Shown: positions 50,301-64,000 of the stretch, piece by piece
Position numbering within the stretch: position 1 is the first letter of the stretch
How the letters are laid out: every line of letters starts with the position of its first letter
Origin: Tubulanus polymorphus
Taxonomy: Eukaryota; Animalia; Nemertea
DNA length: 64,000 nucleotides
Direction of reading: 5' to 3'
NCBI RefSeq assembly: GCF_964204645.1
Contig: NC_134031.1
Location: 15,797,807 to 15,861,806, forward strand
Position numbers and translations under genes: made by a program
Notes under the pieces: generated by a model
What the model was told of the DNA's origin: nothing
The model's database searches: none
The model's input: the letters and a program-made list of their open reading frames with translations, nothing else

Positions 50301-53300
50301 AGTAAGTAAAGTTTCGTGTCGGAATAAGTTCAATAGCTCACCTTTATGTAGATACGGCCCCATATCGAGACCTTCCATAGGAAACGAGACGTAGCTACTG
50401 ATTTTACTCGAGAACATGAATTCATGTCGTAATCGCTTCAAGTGAATGCATAATATTTCTGGTAGTTCGGTAACTTTGGAAAATTTAACACCATTTCGCA
50501 GCCTAAAAATGAGCAGTTGATTTGTTCCATTAGAGCAATTTAATTTACATTTCCAGTTTAAGCTAAATTCATGGCGCTTCTTTTTTTAAACGCTTACTTT
50601 TTACATCTCTCGCAGCTGTACATGTTATCACCTTTGAGTTCATCCGCCGAGAAAAATGCCGCCAAACAGTCTTGAAGCGTAATCGTCGGTCCCCAAAACC
50701 AGCTGAATACAATAAAAATGATTTATTTTTATTTTCCACTATCAACAAAAGGGATCTTTAGACATCGTAAAAACTGTTACAATAATGTTTATATAAATTG
50801 ATACCTCTAGTATGCGTTATTTAAAGGGTTCTGTGTGAGTCGATGTGCACTACATCATCAATGTTGGCGTTTCAAAATAACAACTACAATTGTGAATTCT
50901 GGCGTCTATTTCTTAATCAAACATATCTCATAACTCTTATTCTATTTTGAATCTTAATACTCATTTTTGAAAGGATATGCCCTACGTCATCATTACCTAT
51001 ATCGCGGCTAGACTGGTTGCCAGTTGACAATATCAAGCAATAGATAAGTAAATTTTTCAAATCGTCAATAAACTTCGAAGTTAATTTTCTTGTTTAATCA
51101 TGGCTTTCACCAAAACTGTCCACTATGTTACTACCTTTTCATCCAGCTCCACATCCAAGTAACCCATCCCTGTCGTAGGTTCACCTCTCCGCACGAACCC
51201 TTTCCAGACGTCTGCGTCGCATGTAAAAGATGTATATGATCTTTGCTCGGCAGCGGTAGAGACAAGTCTTGGAATGTTTCCTTCGTTGACGAGATCTACA
51301 CAATCATAAAAACACGAAAATCAACAGCTGAAACATTCTAATGGATAAACACAGGGGTCGATCCAGAGGCAGATTTTAACAGCAGTATAAAGAAATGAAA
51401 ATGGTAAGTTTCCATGCAGAGCGGGCATCAAGCTAAAACGGGGGACTGGAAGGACATTGAAGAAAATATAAGTTGAATCTTGAATCTTGATCTGCCCCTG
51501 AAACAAACAGCTTACCCTTTCACAGGTCAAACATTGCACCGAACTTAAGATCTTCCCATCAAATATATCAGATATAACGCTACGGTATTGCACAGTTTTC
51601 TTCTTTTTTGCTGCTGAAAATCAATGAAAAACAAACATGAAACTCTCTACTTCTGAGTATGATATAATCTGGGAACAAGTGATACTTCATTTTCAATCTA
51701 CTTTGCTTTGAATTTCTTTAGGTTCATACATTATCACAGGGCCTAAAAAATATACCTATTAACCCTCAAGCCGCCCGCATCCGCCCTGCCCATTACTCCT
51801 CAATCCGTACGAATCTACTCTGTCTGCTACGCAAAAACAGTTACGGTAGGATTCAAACCCATTAGCTTAGGATAAACTAGACACCCATCAAAATTCCGTA
51901 CAGAAATCAACATCTTCCTATTTGAAATTTTAGAATTTGAGATTCTGAGTATTTGGGGTATGAACAAATCATCGAAAATGAACTAACTTTAACTCAGAGT
52001 TAACTCCGACTCACAACTGTTGAACTGGGTCCTGAGTGCTAATAAACGGGTCCAATTTTCAATTTGTAGCCAGTAATTACTTCAGTTTATATCAAAAATT
52101 CATAAAGACTTTTTGGTAAATCAATAATTGAATTATTATTCATTGAAATGTTACCTTGACTAGAGGTATTTTTAGCTGCCGTTGAGTTTCTATTCTCCGA
52201 TAGTCGACGCGCTCGTTCTGTCAGTTTCTGCGATTGACGTTGTTGCAGCGACGACGACGATTGTTGTTCCAATTCGCACAACGCGTCGGTGTACTCGCCC
52301 CCGGTTTCCGACGTTGGGGTGTGTGCGTCGTCCTGACCCTGCATACTGATACCGCTGTCGGACGTCGCTGTCGCCATCGTCTGCCTGTACGACGTACTAT
52401 GCACGGTGAGGTCCGAATCTGGACTGTCTTCAATTTGCGTCACGGATTCCGTTTTTCTCTGCATTTCCGCGTCTGTTCGATCGTCGGTTTCTTCTTTGAC
52501 GTTTTCCGTTTCTTGTTTCTCTTCGATGGCGTCGTCGCGAGCAGACGGATTCACCAGTCGCTCTTTCTCGGTCGGCTCGGCGACGTTTCTGTCATCGTTT
52601 TTCCGCCCGCCCTTCATCGCGCGTTTGTCTTTTGCCGCTTTGCGCGTGCTCCATCGACCGATGCCGGCGTGCGAGTCGACCCCGGCGGCATCGACAACGC
52701 CTTCGTCGCTTGAATCGCCGGTTCGCTCGATCGAGCCTCGTTCGCTGCTCAATCCCGAGTCGCACGTCTCGTACTCCTCGACGTCGGACTGCGCGCCTTG
52801 CGATTCCGTCGGTATTTGATGCTGCTGATGCGCCGTGATGCCTGTCATCGGCTCGATTACCGTCTCTTCGACGATTTCGGGCGGTTCTTCAACGAACCAG
52901 TCGGGTTCAACTTGTTTCAGCTCTTCGTGAATTTGATCCATAAAACACCGTAAAAACTCCTGCGTATCCTGAAAATATACAGACGCAATTTGACATGAAT
53001 AGAATTCCTACCAGATCAAGAATCTAAAATTCCCTCCTAACTCCCTGATCCCCCTTGACCAAAAATTCCCTGATTAAACTATGAGATATCCTAAGTGGGG
53101 GCTGTTTCTTATCAAGAGGTTCCTTGTGCTAATCTGTCAGCATGATGCCAAAAATTTACTTTCCCGCCGATTTTCAAGATCATTCATTTATTACATACAC
53201 ATTAGGGGAGGGGTAAGTGCAATTGCGTACTGTAATGCTTAATTCACATGAAAAGATGGCCGATTTTGCGTACAGGAGGAGAGGGGGGTTGAAAAAGTCA

Positions 53301-55730
53301 AATTTTATGCGTAAGTAATAAATGATGATACCATAGGACAAAATAATCACAAAATTCTCCCACTTCCTGATTAGTAAAGACCCTTGATGAACGAAGAAAA
53401 TAGTACACACTTGTTGACTGTATCCTTTAAACATCGGATGAACGAGTTTGATCGCGTTCAGAACCGACGACGGAACCATGTAACTCGGGCGTCTGCGATG
53501 CCACATTTCCGAAACCAACTTCAGATAACTTCGACACAACATCGGTTTCTTATCGGTTCGCACGAATCCGGCGCAGTCGAGGAAGTATCGCGTCAGCGGC
53601 GGGCTGAAAAATAACGAAAATCCACTGTTTCATCGAGCACTCTAATTCCACAGAGGAGATAAATGAACTCTGAAATCTAAACATTGTTTTACACAGGGTT
53701 CTTACAGATTAAACTCAGAATTTGAGGGGTCCATGATTTTTATCCACGGCACTCCCTACATACGCAATTAATAGAACAATGTCATGAAAACAATCATAGA
53801 TCCTCCTTGACTAGCATGGAAAATTAGGTCCCACAAATTGAACATTTAGCAACTAGTGTTTATCACCGGGGTTTTTCTCAGCAACTAATCTAACTAATGG
53901 TGAAAATTTAAGCCATGTATCATTGAAAACTTAATTTCTTTTCGGCATCTTGAAATACCTACGAATGAAGGTAATTGCCTTTTTCTTGATCTTTTTAAAA
54001 AAAAAAAAAAAAACACATTTTCTATTCATTGTTTTTTCCCCAGATTTTTCACATTTCAGGACCAGAGTCTTACCAGTTTGACAGAGCCTGTAAAGCGGCG
54101 TTCATATAACACGTATTGCCGAGGTTCTGAAGGCCGGTCAGACCGCGTGGTCGTTTGTTCTCATCGTCGTCATCCGTTTCAGAATCACACACCGAGTTCG
54201 AATCCGACAAACTCAACGTACGACGGCTTTTAATCGGCGAACCTTCGGAAAATCCGACGCCGCTTTCATCTTCCGGAATACTGCAAAAATTACGAGAATA
54301 AGAGTCATTAGTGATGAGGCTTATACAGCGCTATAAAATGCAGCCAGGCTGCTTTTTAAAGCGTTAAAGATATGCTTCCATTAGCCTACATGGCCACACT
54401 TGGCCATCAGGTCTTCCATTTTATAACACAAAATTCCACGCGTGAATCTGCCGCAGGTGAATGGGGAAATTTCTCTGCTTAAAATTTGTTACTATGAATT
54501 GATTTTTCATGGATCACATATCGATAAAGAAGAAACCATGCTTGATGCCATTTCAAAATTCTAGTTTTTCAAGTTTTGGGCAAAATTTCTCCGAAACTTT
54601 TTTACAGATTCCCCGAGTCATCCTGGTCGGCGGCCACTCCAAAGTACAGTTTACTACAGGGGCCAGTTGCACAGTCGTGACTTAAGTCCAAAAGTGGTCT
54701 TAAATCTTAAGACTGATCTTAAGTTGTTAGATTAGCCATAGAACAAAGTTGATCTTAGACTCATCTTAATTCTAAGCCATGACTATGCAACCGGTCACAG
54801 AGGAACAACAAGGGCCAGGTTTGGGAGACTGACATTTATTTACTGGTCTATAGTTACTCACTTGAATACGGGCAAATTTCTACCGGGGAAAACTTCTATT
54901 TCACACGTGTAGCACCAAACTCTCATAGTCGTCAAATTCAATGTCACACAATGCTTTGATATCTACATAAGAAAACCACTTTCACTAAATATCTGCTGGA
55001 AGTGTTTCGGCGCTTCCATGTCGAACTTTACTCTATCTATCCATTTCAATGGCCAGTTGTGGAAAAGTTGGTTACAGTAAACACTACGGGTTGACAAACG
55101 ATTTCAATCGTCACCGTCATCATCATCGGATCACCATCAACCACTGGTTAACTAACTTTTTGAGCTGGCACCTGATTTTCAAATTTTCTACTTTACCTCG
55201 GCGTGCGATGAACTGTGGTCCTCTGCTGATTCCCCGCAGCCGATGTAGAGACATTTATTGTATAAACAGAGCCACAGATTGGGTCCATCGGCTTGACACG
55301 CCTCACACTGAGCACTCTGTAATCATAATGCATGTACAATATTAACGTTTTACAAGTCTAAAATACTGCAGGTTAACACGATATCTCGATTAACAAAATT
55401 TCAATAAATTTTTGGGGAAGAGGATATTGTGCCAATACGGCATTCTTTTTGTTTGAACGCTATACATTTATATTGCCTATTGCTCATTCCGATTGGATTG
55501 GCAATATCGTGTTCACAAGAATTACGCTATATTGTGGCAAAATATTGATTTCCTTCCCATAAAAAAGCTCATATCGATCTAACATCTGCATTTATTCAGC
55601 TGCAGTGATGAATCAGCAGCCTCTCCGCCGCCTGTGATGAACCTACCTCTCTTTTATTGCGCACATCTTTCAAAGTGAAGTTTCCACATGTCACAACATG
55701 CGGACAGTTGCTGTGTCCCGCTGACTGCAT
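47388..55730 (-). CDS. USP20: Ubiquitin carboxyl-terminal hydrolase USP20/33, 15 coding exons, ~986 aa
   Basis: Exons 55647-55730, 55197-55316, 54862-54962, 54074-54280, 53411-53603, 52155-52968, 51516-51613, 51135-51295, 50598-50702, 50342-50502, 49388-49644, 48736-48923, 48546-48654, 48355-48457, 47388-47647. zf-UBP ([19 protein letters not shown]), Cys box [30 protein letters not shown], His box [13 protein letters not shown], two DUSP domains ([23 protein letters not shown]). Probable non-coding exon with donor at 55935. Confidence 0.96.
49742..49940 (+). mobile_element. Possible 5' fragment of an RTE-clade LINE or related SINE in USP20 intron
   Basis: GGTCCCCCAGGTTGGGGGTTTAGCATAGGGCCGACAACCCTATCTTGTAAAAA resembles, from recall, the 5' UTR motif of RTE elements; no ORF follows. 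Confidence 0.45.
54660..54797. mobile_element. CWG-flanked MITE family A
   Basis: CAG|GGGCCAGTTGCACAGTC ... GACTATGCAACCGGTCA|CAG with CTTAAG-rich internal repeats; another copy at ~23257-23406. Confidence 0.8.
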
Positions 55731-56722
55731 AGTCAAACTAAATAAAATATACATCAATACGAATATTAAAAAAAGTGCTTATGTCTATTTCAACTTGACT
55801 TATCAGGCATGATCATGTACCACGAGAACTGGCTGAGCTAGGCCACCTGGTATGCTCTCAAGACAGGTTGAAATAGACACTAATTATTCTTGACATAAAA
55901 ATCAGAAGCTATCTATTAAGATCCACAGGCCTACCTCCGCCGTTTAGTGTTTTACACACGACTGCGCTGCAGAAACGTGGTTAACCCGTTTGACGTAGCA
56001 CTATTAGTCTAAAAGTAACTAGCCAGTCCACTTTCTTCACGCAGAAGAATATTCGAATAGATTTAAAACGCGCTGTTGTAGCACAATCCAATGGAACTGT
56101 TGTAGCACTTGCGTTTCTACTACGTTATATTCAGAGCATAGACATCATCACAGATCAGACCTCCGACAGCGCTGAAACTAACGATGAAACAGCAAATATC
56201 ATTCATTCAACGGTGTCACAGAGTGTGGAGCCCTGAATTACTTCTAACGACGCAGCAGACCTGGCGCCGCACACTTTCGTCAACGTATTCAACACCAAAA
56301 ACAAAAACCAAATTCAAAAACAAAATAATTTTATAACTTCTGAAGATAAGCTAGATTCAACGTTTCGACTACATGTATGATACATATAGTCGAAACATGA
56401 ACCTAGCTTCAGTTACATTTTCGAACTGTTTTTTGTTATTATTAGATTTGTCTACTTCGGTTCAGGTGAAAATTAACGTTTTAGGTTTTTTACTTCCGGT
56501 TTCAGCTACTTCACTTCCGGGTTTTAGTGGGAGACGCGCAAATTAAATTAAAACATCATGGAATTATCTTGATTTAATCGCAATGACAGTTAATTTTTAA
56601 GATCCATTAATTCATTAAAACTGGAAAAGGTTTTAGCTGCCAGACTGTCCTTTTGCCGTTTTGGTTGTGGTGGTAACTGGTACAGGTACAGGGTGCAGTC
56701 AAAATCTGTTGGAGGACTGTAT

Positions 56723-56875
56723 CCACAGGGGCTCGTATCAGAGTTGTAGATAAATGTAAAAACGATAATCTGTTAATCCAATGTCTAGTATAGTTATTAT
56801 AGGCTTACTATAGACATTGGATTAAGAGATTATCGTTTTTACTTTAATCTGCAACTCTGATACGAGCCCCTGTGG
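56723..56875. mobile_element. Palindromic foldback MITE upstream of the first ARHGEF10 coding exon
   Basis: CCACAGGGGCTCGTATCAGAGTTG ... CAACTCTGATACGAGCCCCTGTGG with ~65-bp near-perfect arms. Confidence 0.75.
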
Positions 56876-57039
56876 CTGAATCTGACATTCTGATAATTTT
56901 TAAAACTTTTTTGAATGCTTTTGGTTTTGTCTTATTTACGATGGTTTTACTTTTTGCATCTCATCTCGACTTTTAGATTTGGGACTCTACCTTCTAAACG
57001 GAAGCCGAAGAAGGATTTACAAGTCAAATATCTGTCTGT

Positions 57040-60000
57040 ATGGCTGCACCTCTCGGACCTATTCTTGAAGTGTCGAATTCGCACTCCGACTCCGATGATG
57101 ACTATGTTGATTGCATCTCCAGCGCGGGAAAAAGCCCGAGAAATTCTCAACAAGATCCGCGACCGAGCAGTCGCGGTAGCCAGAAGAGCGGAGGAGGCGG
57201 AGGAAATCTTTCGGATCGGAGCCAAAAACTCAGTCAGGAAAGTTCAAGCGGAAGCGTAGGTGAATTATACAGCGACGGTTTGATCAGCGATGCTCTCGGC
57301 GGCAGCGCTGAGACGTTACCGAGCGATACAGGATCCATCGGTAGCGGGCGGCGGTCGCCGGGGAAACTCAACGGCAACAAAGCGGATTATAAATTCATCG
57401 AGAAGCATAATGAGAAATTGGGGAAACAGTTGATCGGGGGAGGGCAAACGTCATCGGTTTTCGGGAAGGTTTCGTTCCAAGCGGAGGGCGTGGACGTGCG
57501 GCGCGGTGGTGTTACCGATAACAAGATGAAGCATCCGGCGTCCGAGGAATCGGCGGAGTTGATTTACGAATTAGAAGGCGTTATTAAATCGAAAGAAGAG
57601 GATTTAAAGAACGCCGCGTCCGGGAGTTTGGACGGCGCGTCGGGGATTTACGAAGAGATCGACGCGAATTCGGAGTACGCTCGACTGTCTCTGACCGGTG
57701 TCGCTCGAGAGGAATTAGCTCATCAGATTTATAGCACCGGTCTCGAGCCGGGCACGTATATGACCGAGTCGGGGAAGTATCACGAAGTCGTTGACGGACC
57801 GCAAGAATTGTTGGGTAAGTTCGTTAAACTTCTATCGCACAGTACACCCTCAGTGTTCTCCATATGCTGGAATCTTAAGGGGCTGCATTCATTGTTAAGC
57901 GTACGATTGCAAAGCTTTCGATCCCTCAAAGAAAATACAGAAGCTACAGCTAGATTTTTCGTGTAATCTTCATGTAGGGGCAGCAGATATTTTTTAAGTG
58001 GTGGCTGGTTTTCAGAGGGTTGGGAGGGTTGTATGTAAAAATGAAAGTGGTGGCCGTGCCTCTAAAACCTGTTGTGGAGAATACTGCACTCATTCCATTT
58101 TGGGACGATGCAGATCTAAAATCCAATTATAAGAAAGAGTCCGAAATGTATCGTTGAGCTTATATTTTTTTTTCGAAATTTCAACTCTGGCTTATGTACG
58201 ACAAGTCGTCTTCAGGAATTTCGAATTCGTGAAGATGACTTTTAGGATACAGGCTAATCAGAATGTCGAGAATGAATATTGTTGGCTGAAGAAAACTTTC
58301 ATTCAGTCGTGTATCATTTATTGTCCGGTTCCGATTGTTCGCTCTGTAGTCCCTGGTAGGCCAATATGAAGTAGGCCTATATTATAGCATCTTCTGTTAC
58401 TCTTATAGTTTTAATACTCTACAGTCCAAAAAGATCCCACTTGAATTAGTCAAATGATCATCCCGTAAACTTCCTAGTTCCTTCATAGAACATTGAAATG
58501 AAGGATGCTAATTCCGGCTATCGAATAAACCCGGTAATTAGGCTTCATCGAATTGAATTTGTTTCATCGAAAATAGAGAATATTAGAGATTAGCTTTAGA
58601 CTTATAGCAGTATCGAAACCGGTATAGAGGAAGTAAGCAAAAACCCACAATCAAAACAAGTATTCAACCTAAAACGTTGAGAGCAATTTTTCTTCTTTTT
58701 TGTTGGGCGGTCTCCGCAAAACTTAGGAGCTTGTCGAATAATCTGGCAACGTCATCGTCGTCAATGTGACTGTAAAATTGTTATGTGTTTTTGAATGATA
58801 GGAGACTTGTCGGATCAGGCTGATGATTACATGATTTACGGTAAGCGTCTTCGATGCTGGAACGCGCGAAACATGCAACATCCTGGTAATGAGTTTCCGG
58901 TTAATTCTTTTTTCGTATCGACTAACGCCATTCTAACCATTTTTCTGTAAAGGTTCTAAGAATGACAGACTTAGTTTAAGTATGATTTCGAATAGGACGT
59001 CATTTTCTGCGATTGCGTGTTTAGATTGAAAGCACTTACAGACAATAACAGTTCGTCCCAATTTTGATAAACTTTTAGATAAATTTCAGTCTGATATTCT
59101 TTTCGCTGAGTTTAACAGTAAGTTCAATCTACAAGCTACAATCAACAATCTACATTACCAAGATTATCTATATCCTGAATTTATTCAGGCCTGCCTAACA
59201 AATATTCATAGAAATTACTGCTTATCAGCTCTTTCAACAATTTTTGCTGATTTCGTCTAGACTAAATATGGTCCAGTTGGTGCTGAACTCCCTGACCTGT
59301 TTATCAAAAAAAAAACAACACTTACCATCTATTAAGAGTGGTTAAGCTCAATTTAGACAATTGGCCATTTCAGAGGAAACCTTTTTGACGCAAAGCATGT
59401 AACTTTTTCGACACACGCGTATGAACTTGTTCCGTTAATTCATTTATACATTACTTTATTATAGCTAACCATGATTTAACCATAAAAAATATTGCATTTG
59501 ATGCTCTTATTACAGGGTTTCCAGCAGTCCTTCTTTTGAAAAAAGCTTGGACAAACATCATCTTTGTGTCCTTCTGTTTGACAGTAAAATTCTTACGTAT
59601 ATTTCGCGTGTAATTTTGTCGCGAATTCAACCGTTGTATTATTTTATCATTTAGGCCTGTTTATCATTTAGGCCCTGATTATTCCATTCTGTCTCTGTAC
59701 ATACTTTCTATATACTTTCTGTGGTTATTTGATATGAGATGCAGTAATTATTCGCGCATATACTCTCACGTAAAATTCTTACGTATATTTCGCGTGTAAT
59801 TTTGTCGCGAATTCAACCGTTGTATTATTTTATCATTTAGGCCTGTTAATTCAATTGTCAGTAAGATTGATGGAGACAAGAAAATTGCGAAAATGTTTCC
59901 TGATAAGTGGTACTTCTTTCTCAGTCGAGAAGTCCTTCCTTTCGGGTCTAATGCCAAAAAAGTCGTCCTCTTTAGTACTTCTTTTAACCCTGGCCTTACC

Positions 60001-60887
60001 AACTGGAAACCTTGTATAAGTTTCATTTAGATACAATCAATTTTCGATTGATGGTTATTTTGCTTTCTTTTTAGGCTTCGTCATTTCTGCTACAGTTAAC
60101 TATACTAATACAGCAGAATATACGATATGATGAAGACATTTTGTCGCTTTTTGTCGCTCGTCAGTTCATAAAACACTTCTACACTGCGGCGTATTGTATA
60201 CGGATTGTATTTCTGTTATAACATTTTGATTGCGTTGCTAATGTGTATCAGTATGTTATAATACCCTGATTATTCCATTCTGTCTCTGTACATACTTTCT
60301 ATATACTTTCTGTGGTTATTTGATATGAGATGCAGTAATTATTCGCGCATATACTCTTACCATGGACTATAGTCCGCGCTCTTTACGCTAGCAAATCTTA
60401 GGCCTAATAAATACTAACACCGTATTAGTTCATTAGAAACACTGTGTCTGAACGGACATCTTGTGAAATATTTGTATTCGGTGGTAAGTTTTTTCTCAAA
60501 ACATAGGCGAAGAATCCTTATTTGATAGATTTTGATAAATCGCGCAGTTTTTCGAGAAATCTTGACCATGTCTGCGACGATAATTTCTTCGCATTATTTT
60601 GACCGAATAACGCTTTTAGAGCTCTATAGATTGGAAAATAATTAGCAAGGTCATTGTGTGTCCGGTCTCAGCAGAAGTTATGAAAATTCTATGAAATCCT
60701 TTGTTGTATCTATGCGCTTAGTGATATAATATAGTATTTGTAGATACCGGTAATAAGAGGGCCTAATTTAGTTTTAGACTCCATAATCGGACCTTATGAA
60801 TCATGACTGGGCAGCTTGGGCCGGGAGTCTTCAATGGCTAGATTCGTGTTCTAACGTAAACCAACAATATTATTATTATTGTTATTA

Positions 60888-60938
<51 letters not shown>

Positions 60939-63888
60939 TAACAAATAATGAAGATTAATTACACCCGTGTTTGTTCATATATTATTTTAAGTGGGGTTTC
61001 CTGTTATCGGCAAACCCGTACAGCAGTAGGTCGGACGGCTGATTTTGTGCTGTGAATTTTATGCCGCGAGATGTTCTACTCACTGATGAAGCCAACTGTG
61101 TGGTGTACGTCTAATGTGGATAACTTTGATTTTTGCTTTTTGCGCAGTAAACTCTGCTTCTCTGCTGATCGATCTAGTGGAAATGAAGTGTGAATTTATT
61201 TCCAAAAAATGTTCAGGATTATTTCTTGTATTTTTCACGTATGTACTACAGTCGACTTGCTATACAGTAGCGTTGGGACTTTTTCACCGAATTGAGAATC
61301 AGGGAAATAGAAGGTTTTTTCCAAATAACTTTTAGAGCATTCAAAATCTATCGGTAAAGAGCAAGGCGGAGTCAACTGTAGTAGGCCTTCTTACTGGCGA
61401 CCCTAAAATCTACAATCTGGATATATCACGTTTTGATTTTGGGGGCTTCGTCAATTATTTGAATCGAGATTCGGAGGTAATTATTCTTCGAATTTTTCGT
61501 TGCAGACGATGAATACTACGAGCCGTTTCTGCCGCCCGACAAAAACGAATATTCGGACTCCGGCGGAAGCTGGGGTTCGCACGAGTTCGAGACGACGTTA
61601 GAATACGAGCAGAATCTACGTCGGAAAGATACAATGAAAATGAAGGCGGCGGCGTCGAGAGAATCGGTGAATCAGTTAGAATCGTCGATAGCGAGCAGTA
61701 CGCTGGGACAGGTGAGTTTTACACGGGAGGATTCTTACAGATCAGGGGCCGGTTGCGTAGTCGAGACTAAAGACTAAAAGAAGTTTTAAATGTTAAGACT
61801 GGTCTTTAGTTTCGATTGGCTATAGAGCTAAGTTGGTCTTAGGTCTGTCTTGAGTCTAAACCTCCCTGACTATGGAACCGGCACCGGGAACATGGAACTA
61901 AGAACAGTCTAAAATCATCAAAGTTCTACAGATAATTTAACAACTTAAGACCAGTCTTAAGATTTAACACCACTTTTGGACTTAAGTCTCGACTGTAGAA
62001 CAGGGCCCAGTGGCCGGCTGCATAGTCATGGCTTAGACTTAAGACCACTCTAAGACCAACGTAGTTCTATAGCTAATCTAACAACCTCGGAAGACCAGTC
62101 TTATTTAAGACTACTTTTGAACTTAAGCCATGACTATGCAACTGGCCCCAGGGGATTTATTTTTCCATGAAGAGAAAATCAGGCAATTCTGATTTTCTTC
62201 CTGAAAATCATGTTATTTCTAATTTCATTGCCTCATCACCTTGCTGGTGATCAGTAGTTGCACAAGAAGCCTCTTGAGATGAAATGGGGGGGGGGGGGCA
62301 CTGAGGATATCTTATAATTTAATCTGGGAATTGTTGGCCAAGAGAAAGTCAAGGGATTCCCTGATGGTTTAAGTGCTTCAGTGTAGCTGGGGTATGAAGA
62401 ACCCGGATTTGGGGAATGTGTTTCTGAGTCAGCTGAAACTGTTTGTAAACACTACATGTATCCTGTTATTTGACCGTATAAATAACGGATATTGTCGTAA
62501 TGGAATTTGAATGGTTAACAACTGTGATGCAACCGGACCAAGAATTCTCTGTCGAATTCGAAAAAGCAAGAATTACTGGGTGAAAGAGGGTTAACCTACT
62601 AATAACTTAAGTTGGTGTAAGATCAGATCTTAAAGAAGTGAATTTAAAGAAAAACAATTTAAGCTTTATTTGAATTAAGGATGAACTATTGCGACATGTA
62701 TATCGAGATTCGTTTCTAATTTACAGACTCCTACGTCCACCTCGAACGTGTTGACCAAAATCAAACATCATTTGAGTTTGAGCAAACACAGTTCTAGCGA
62801 TGAGGAAACGAGTGACGACGATAATAAGGATCAACTTTATATGCCAGTGTTTGTTAATAACGATAAACATCCACCGCCAGCTCTACCTCCGATGCCTGAT
62901 GGTCTTACTGCTGATCAGGTATGACAATTCTCTCCATATTTTTCAATCTTTATGGCCACATATTTGATTCGGTTAACTTCTATGCTCTCTAATTAATCAC
63001 AGATTTCATTCCTGCCTCGGCCGGGTGAAATTTTCTTGGCGTGATGATGGTTTATTTATGTTAACCAGGGCCCGGTTTTAGAGACTGGTATGAACTTTAA
63101 CCCAGGGGTTGACTCAATTGAAAATGAATTGAGTTAACCTCCCGGGTTAAAGGTAATACCAGTCTATAAAACCTGCCTCTGGGAATTAACCCTTTCAGTA
63201 TGTCTACATCTCAGGGCTGTGTATAAATTGGTGTTGGACTTTGCTAGTACACCGCATTGCGGTGTATTGACATTGTTAGTAGTTTTTATCTCCACTAAAA
63301 GATGGCAGCATCCGTCAAACATAGTGAAATATTAGTAACTAATGATACACCGCACCCCGGTGTAGACACACTGAATTGTTATGCCTGTTATTTCACTGGG
63401 GTGGAATCTTTAGAAATTTTCAAACAATCTCCAGCATTTTCAAGTATTAATTAGTCGGCACTGAAAGAGTTTTAACTGAATTCAGTGTTAATTGAGTGAA
63501 CGTGCTGAACTGTATATACAGTATCTAATATTTGTTATCTTCAGATGAAGCGACGATACATCGTGAATTCAATCGTTGAAAGCGAAAATTCATATATGGA
63601 AACTTTACACAGACTCGTGCAGGTCTCGTCGTCTTACTTGATTTTTTGGAAATCAATTTCGTTCACTGATTAATTTTAACGAACGTTCTCATCTTTTATC
63701 ATCATCAGGACTATGAGCGCCCTCTATTGGAGAGTAACCCGCCGATTCTGCGTAGATCGAAGGTTAAAGTGATATTTCATAAACTCAGAGATATCTTGCA
63801 TTGTCACTCGATGTTTCAAATCGCTTTATCCGAGGTCGTCGCTCACTGGGACACCGAGCAGAAGATCGGCGATTGTTTCACGGCGTCG
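57040..63888 (+). CDS. ARHGEF10: Rho guanine nucleotide exchange factor 10-like (ARHGEF10/10L), 5' part; continues beyond the window
   Basis: Exons 57040-57814, 58802-58840, 61506-61711, 62727-62918, 63545-63622, 63709-63888 join in frame. WGSHEFE, KHPPPALPPMPDGLTADQ, DH-domain start MKRRYIVNSIVESENSYMETLHRLVQDYERPL..DILHCHSMFQIALSEVVAHWD..IGDCFTAS. An in-frame TAA upstream of 57040 supports that ATG. Confidence 0.88.
60868..60935. repeat. (TAT)n microsatellite
   Basis: Direct read. Confidence 0.9.
61746..62148. mobile_element. Cluster of three family-A MITE copies in mixed orientation
   Basis: Copies at ~61746-61882, ~61890-62007 and 62011-62148 (the last flanked CAG/CAG), similar to 54660-54797. 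Confidence 0.75.
63069..63178. mobile_element. Palindromic CWG-flanked MITE
   Basis: CAG|GGCCCGGTTTTAGAGACTGGTAT ... ATACCAGTCTATAAAACCTGCCT|CTG; nearly fully self-complementary. Confidence 0.7.
63190..63469. mobile_element. piggyBac-like MITE copy in ARHGEF10 intron
   Basis: TTAA|CCCTTTCAGT ... GCACTGAAAGAG; same internal blocks as 2091-2378. Confidence 0.82.
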
Positions 63889-64000
63889 GTAAGTTTTATA
63901 GGAGCAGTGTGGGTGAGTGGTTAGAGCTTTCAACTCTGGTTTAGGGTTAGCCGGGTTGTGGGTTCAAACTCTATTACACTCGGGCAAGACGCCTATTCAC

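Noticed and set aside
52221-52838. Multiple overlapping ORFs over the large USP20 exon (likewise over CDK9 exon 4 and SAPCD2 exon 2)
   Set aside because: Expected stop-poor alternative frames of GC-rich exons.
61746-62148. CRISPR-like spacing of CTTAAG repeats
   Set aside because: Eukaryotic MITE internal repeats; no constant repeat with unique spacers and no cas genes.

Overview
Gene-dense, intron-containing animal genomic DNA. It is AT-rich and compact and is probably from an invertebrate; the taxon cannot be fixed from sequence alone. Exon chains were rebuilt by hand from splice sites and reading frame for ten protein genes, in order: SAPCD2-like (-), DPH5 (-) head-to-head with CDK9 (+), a 107-aa two-domain metallothionein (-), a divergent pair of Hairy/E(spl) bHLH-Orange-WRPW genes (- and +), SLC25A36/33 (+), EFHD/swiprosin (-), USP20/33 (-), and the 5' part of ARHGEF10-like (+). 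There is also one tRNA-Glu(TTC) gene, many short non-autonomous DNA transposons (CWG-target Harbinger-like, TTAA piggyBac-like, TA Tigger-like) and several microsatellites. The strongest signal missing from the ORF track is at the EFHD locus. It carries a diverged duplicate first exon (45491-45648) and an in-frame SP-rich cassette exon (42606-42722), and each supplies a different entering helix to EF-hand 1; the tRNA gene sits between the two first exons. Other candidates are a HES paralog lacking the diagnostic basic-region proline, a possible distal micro first exon of the other HES gene, a broad field of CSL and HES-type sites, and an unusual metallothionein whose proximal promoter has no visible MRE. 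All splice models are predictions; no database search was run.
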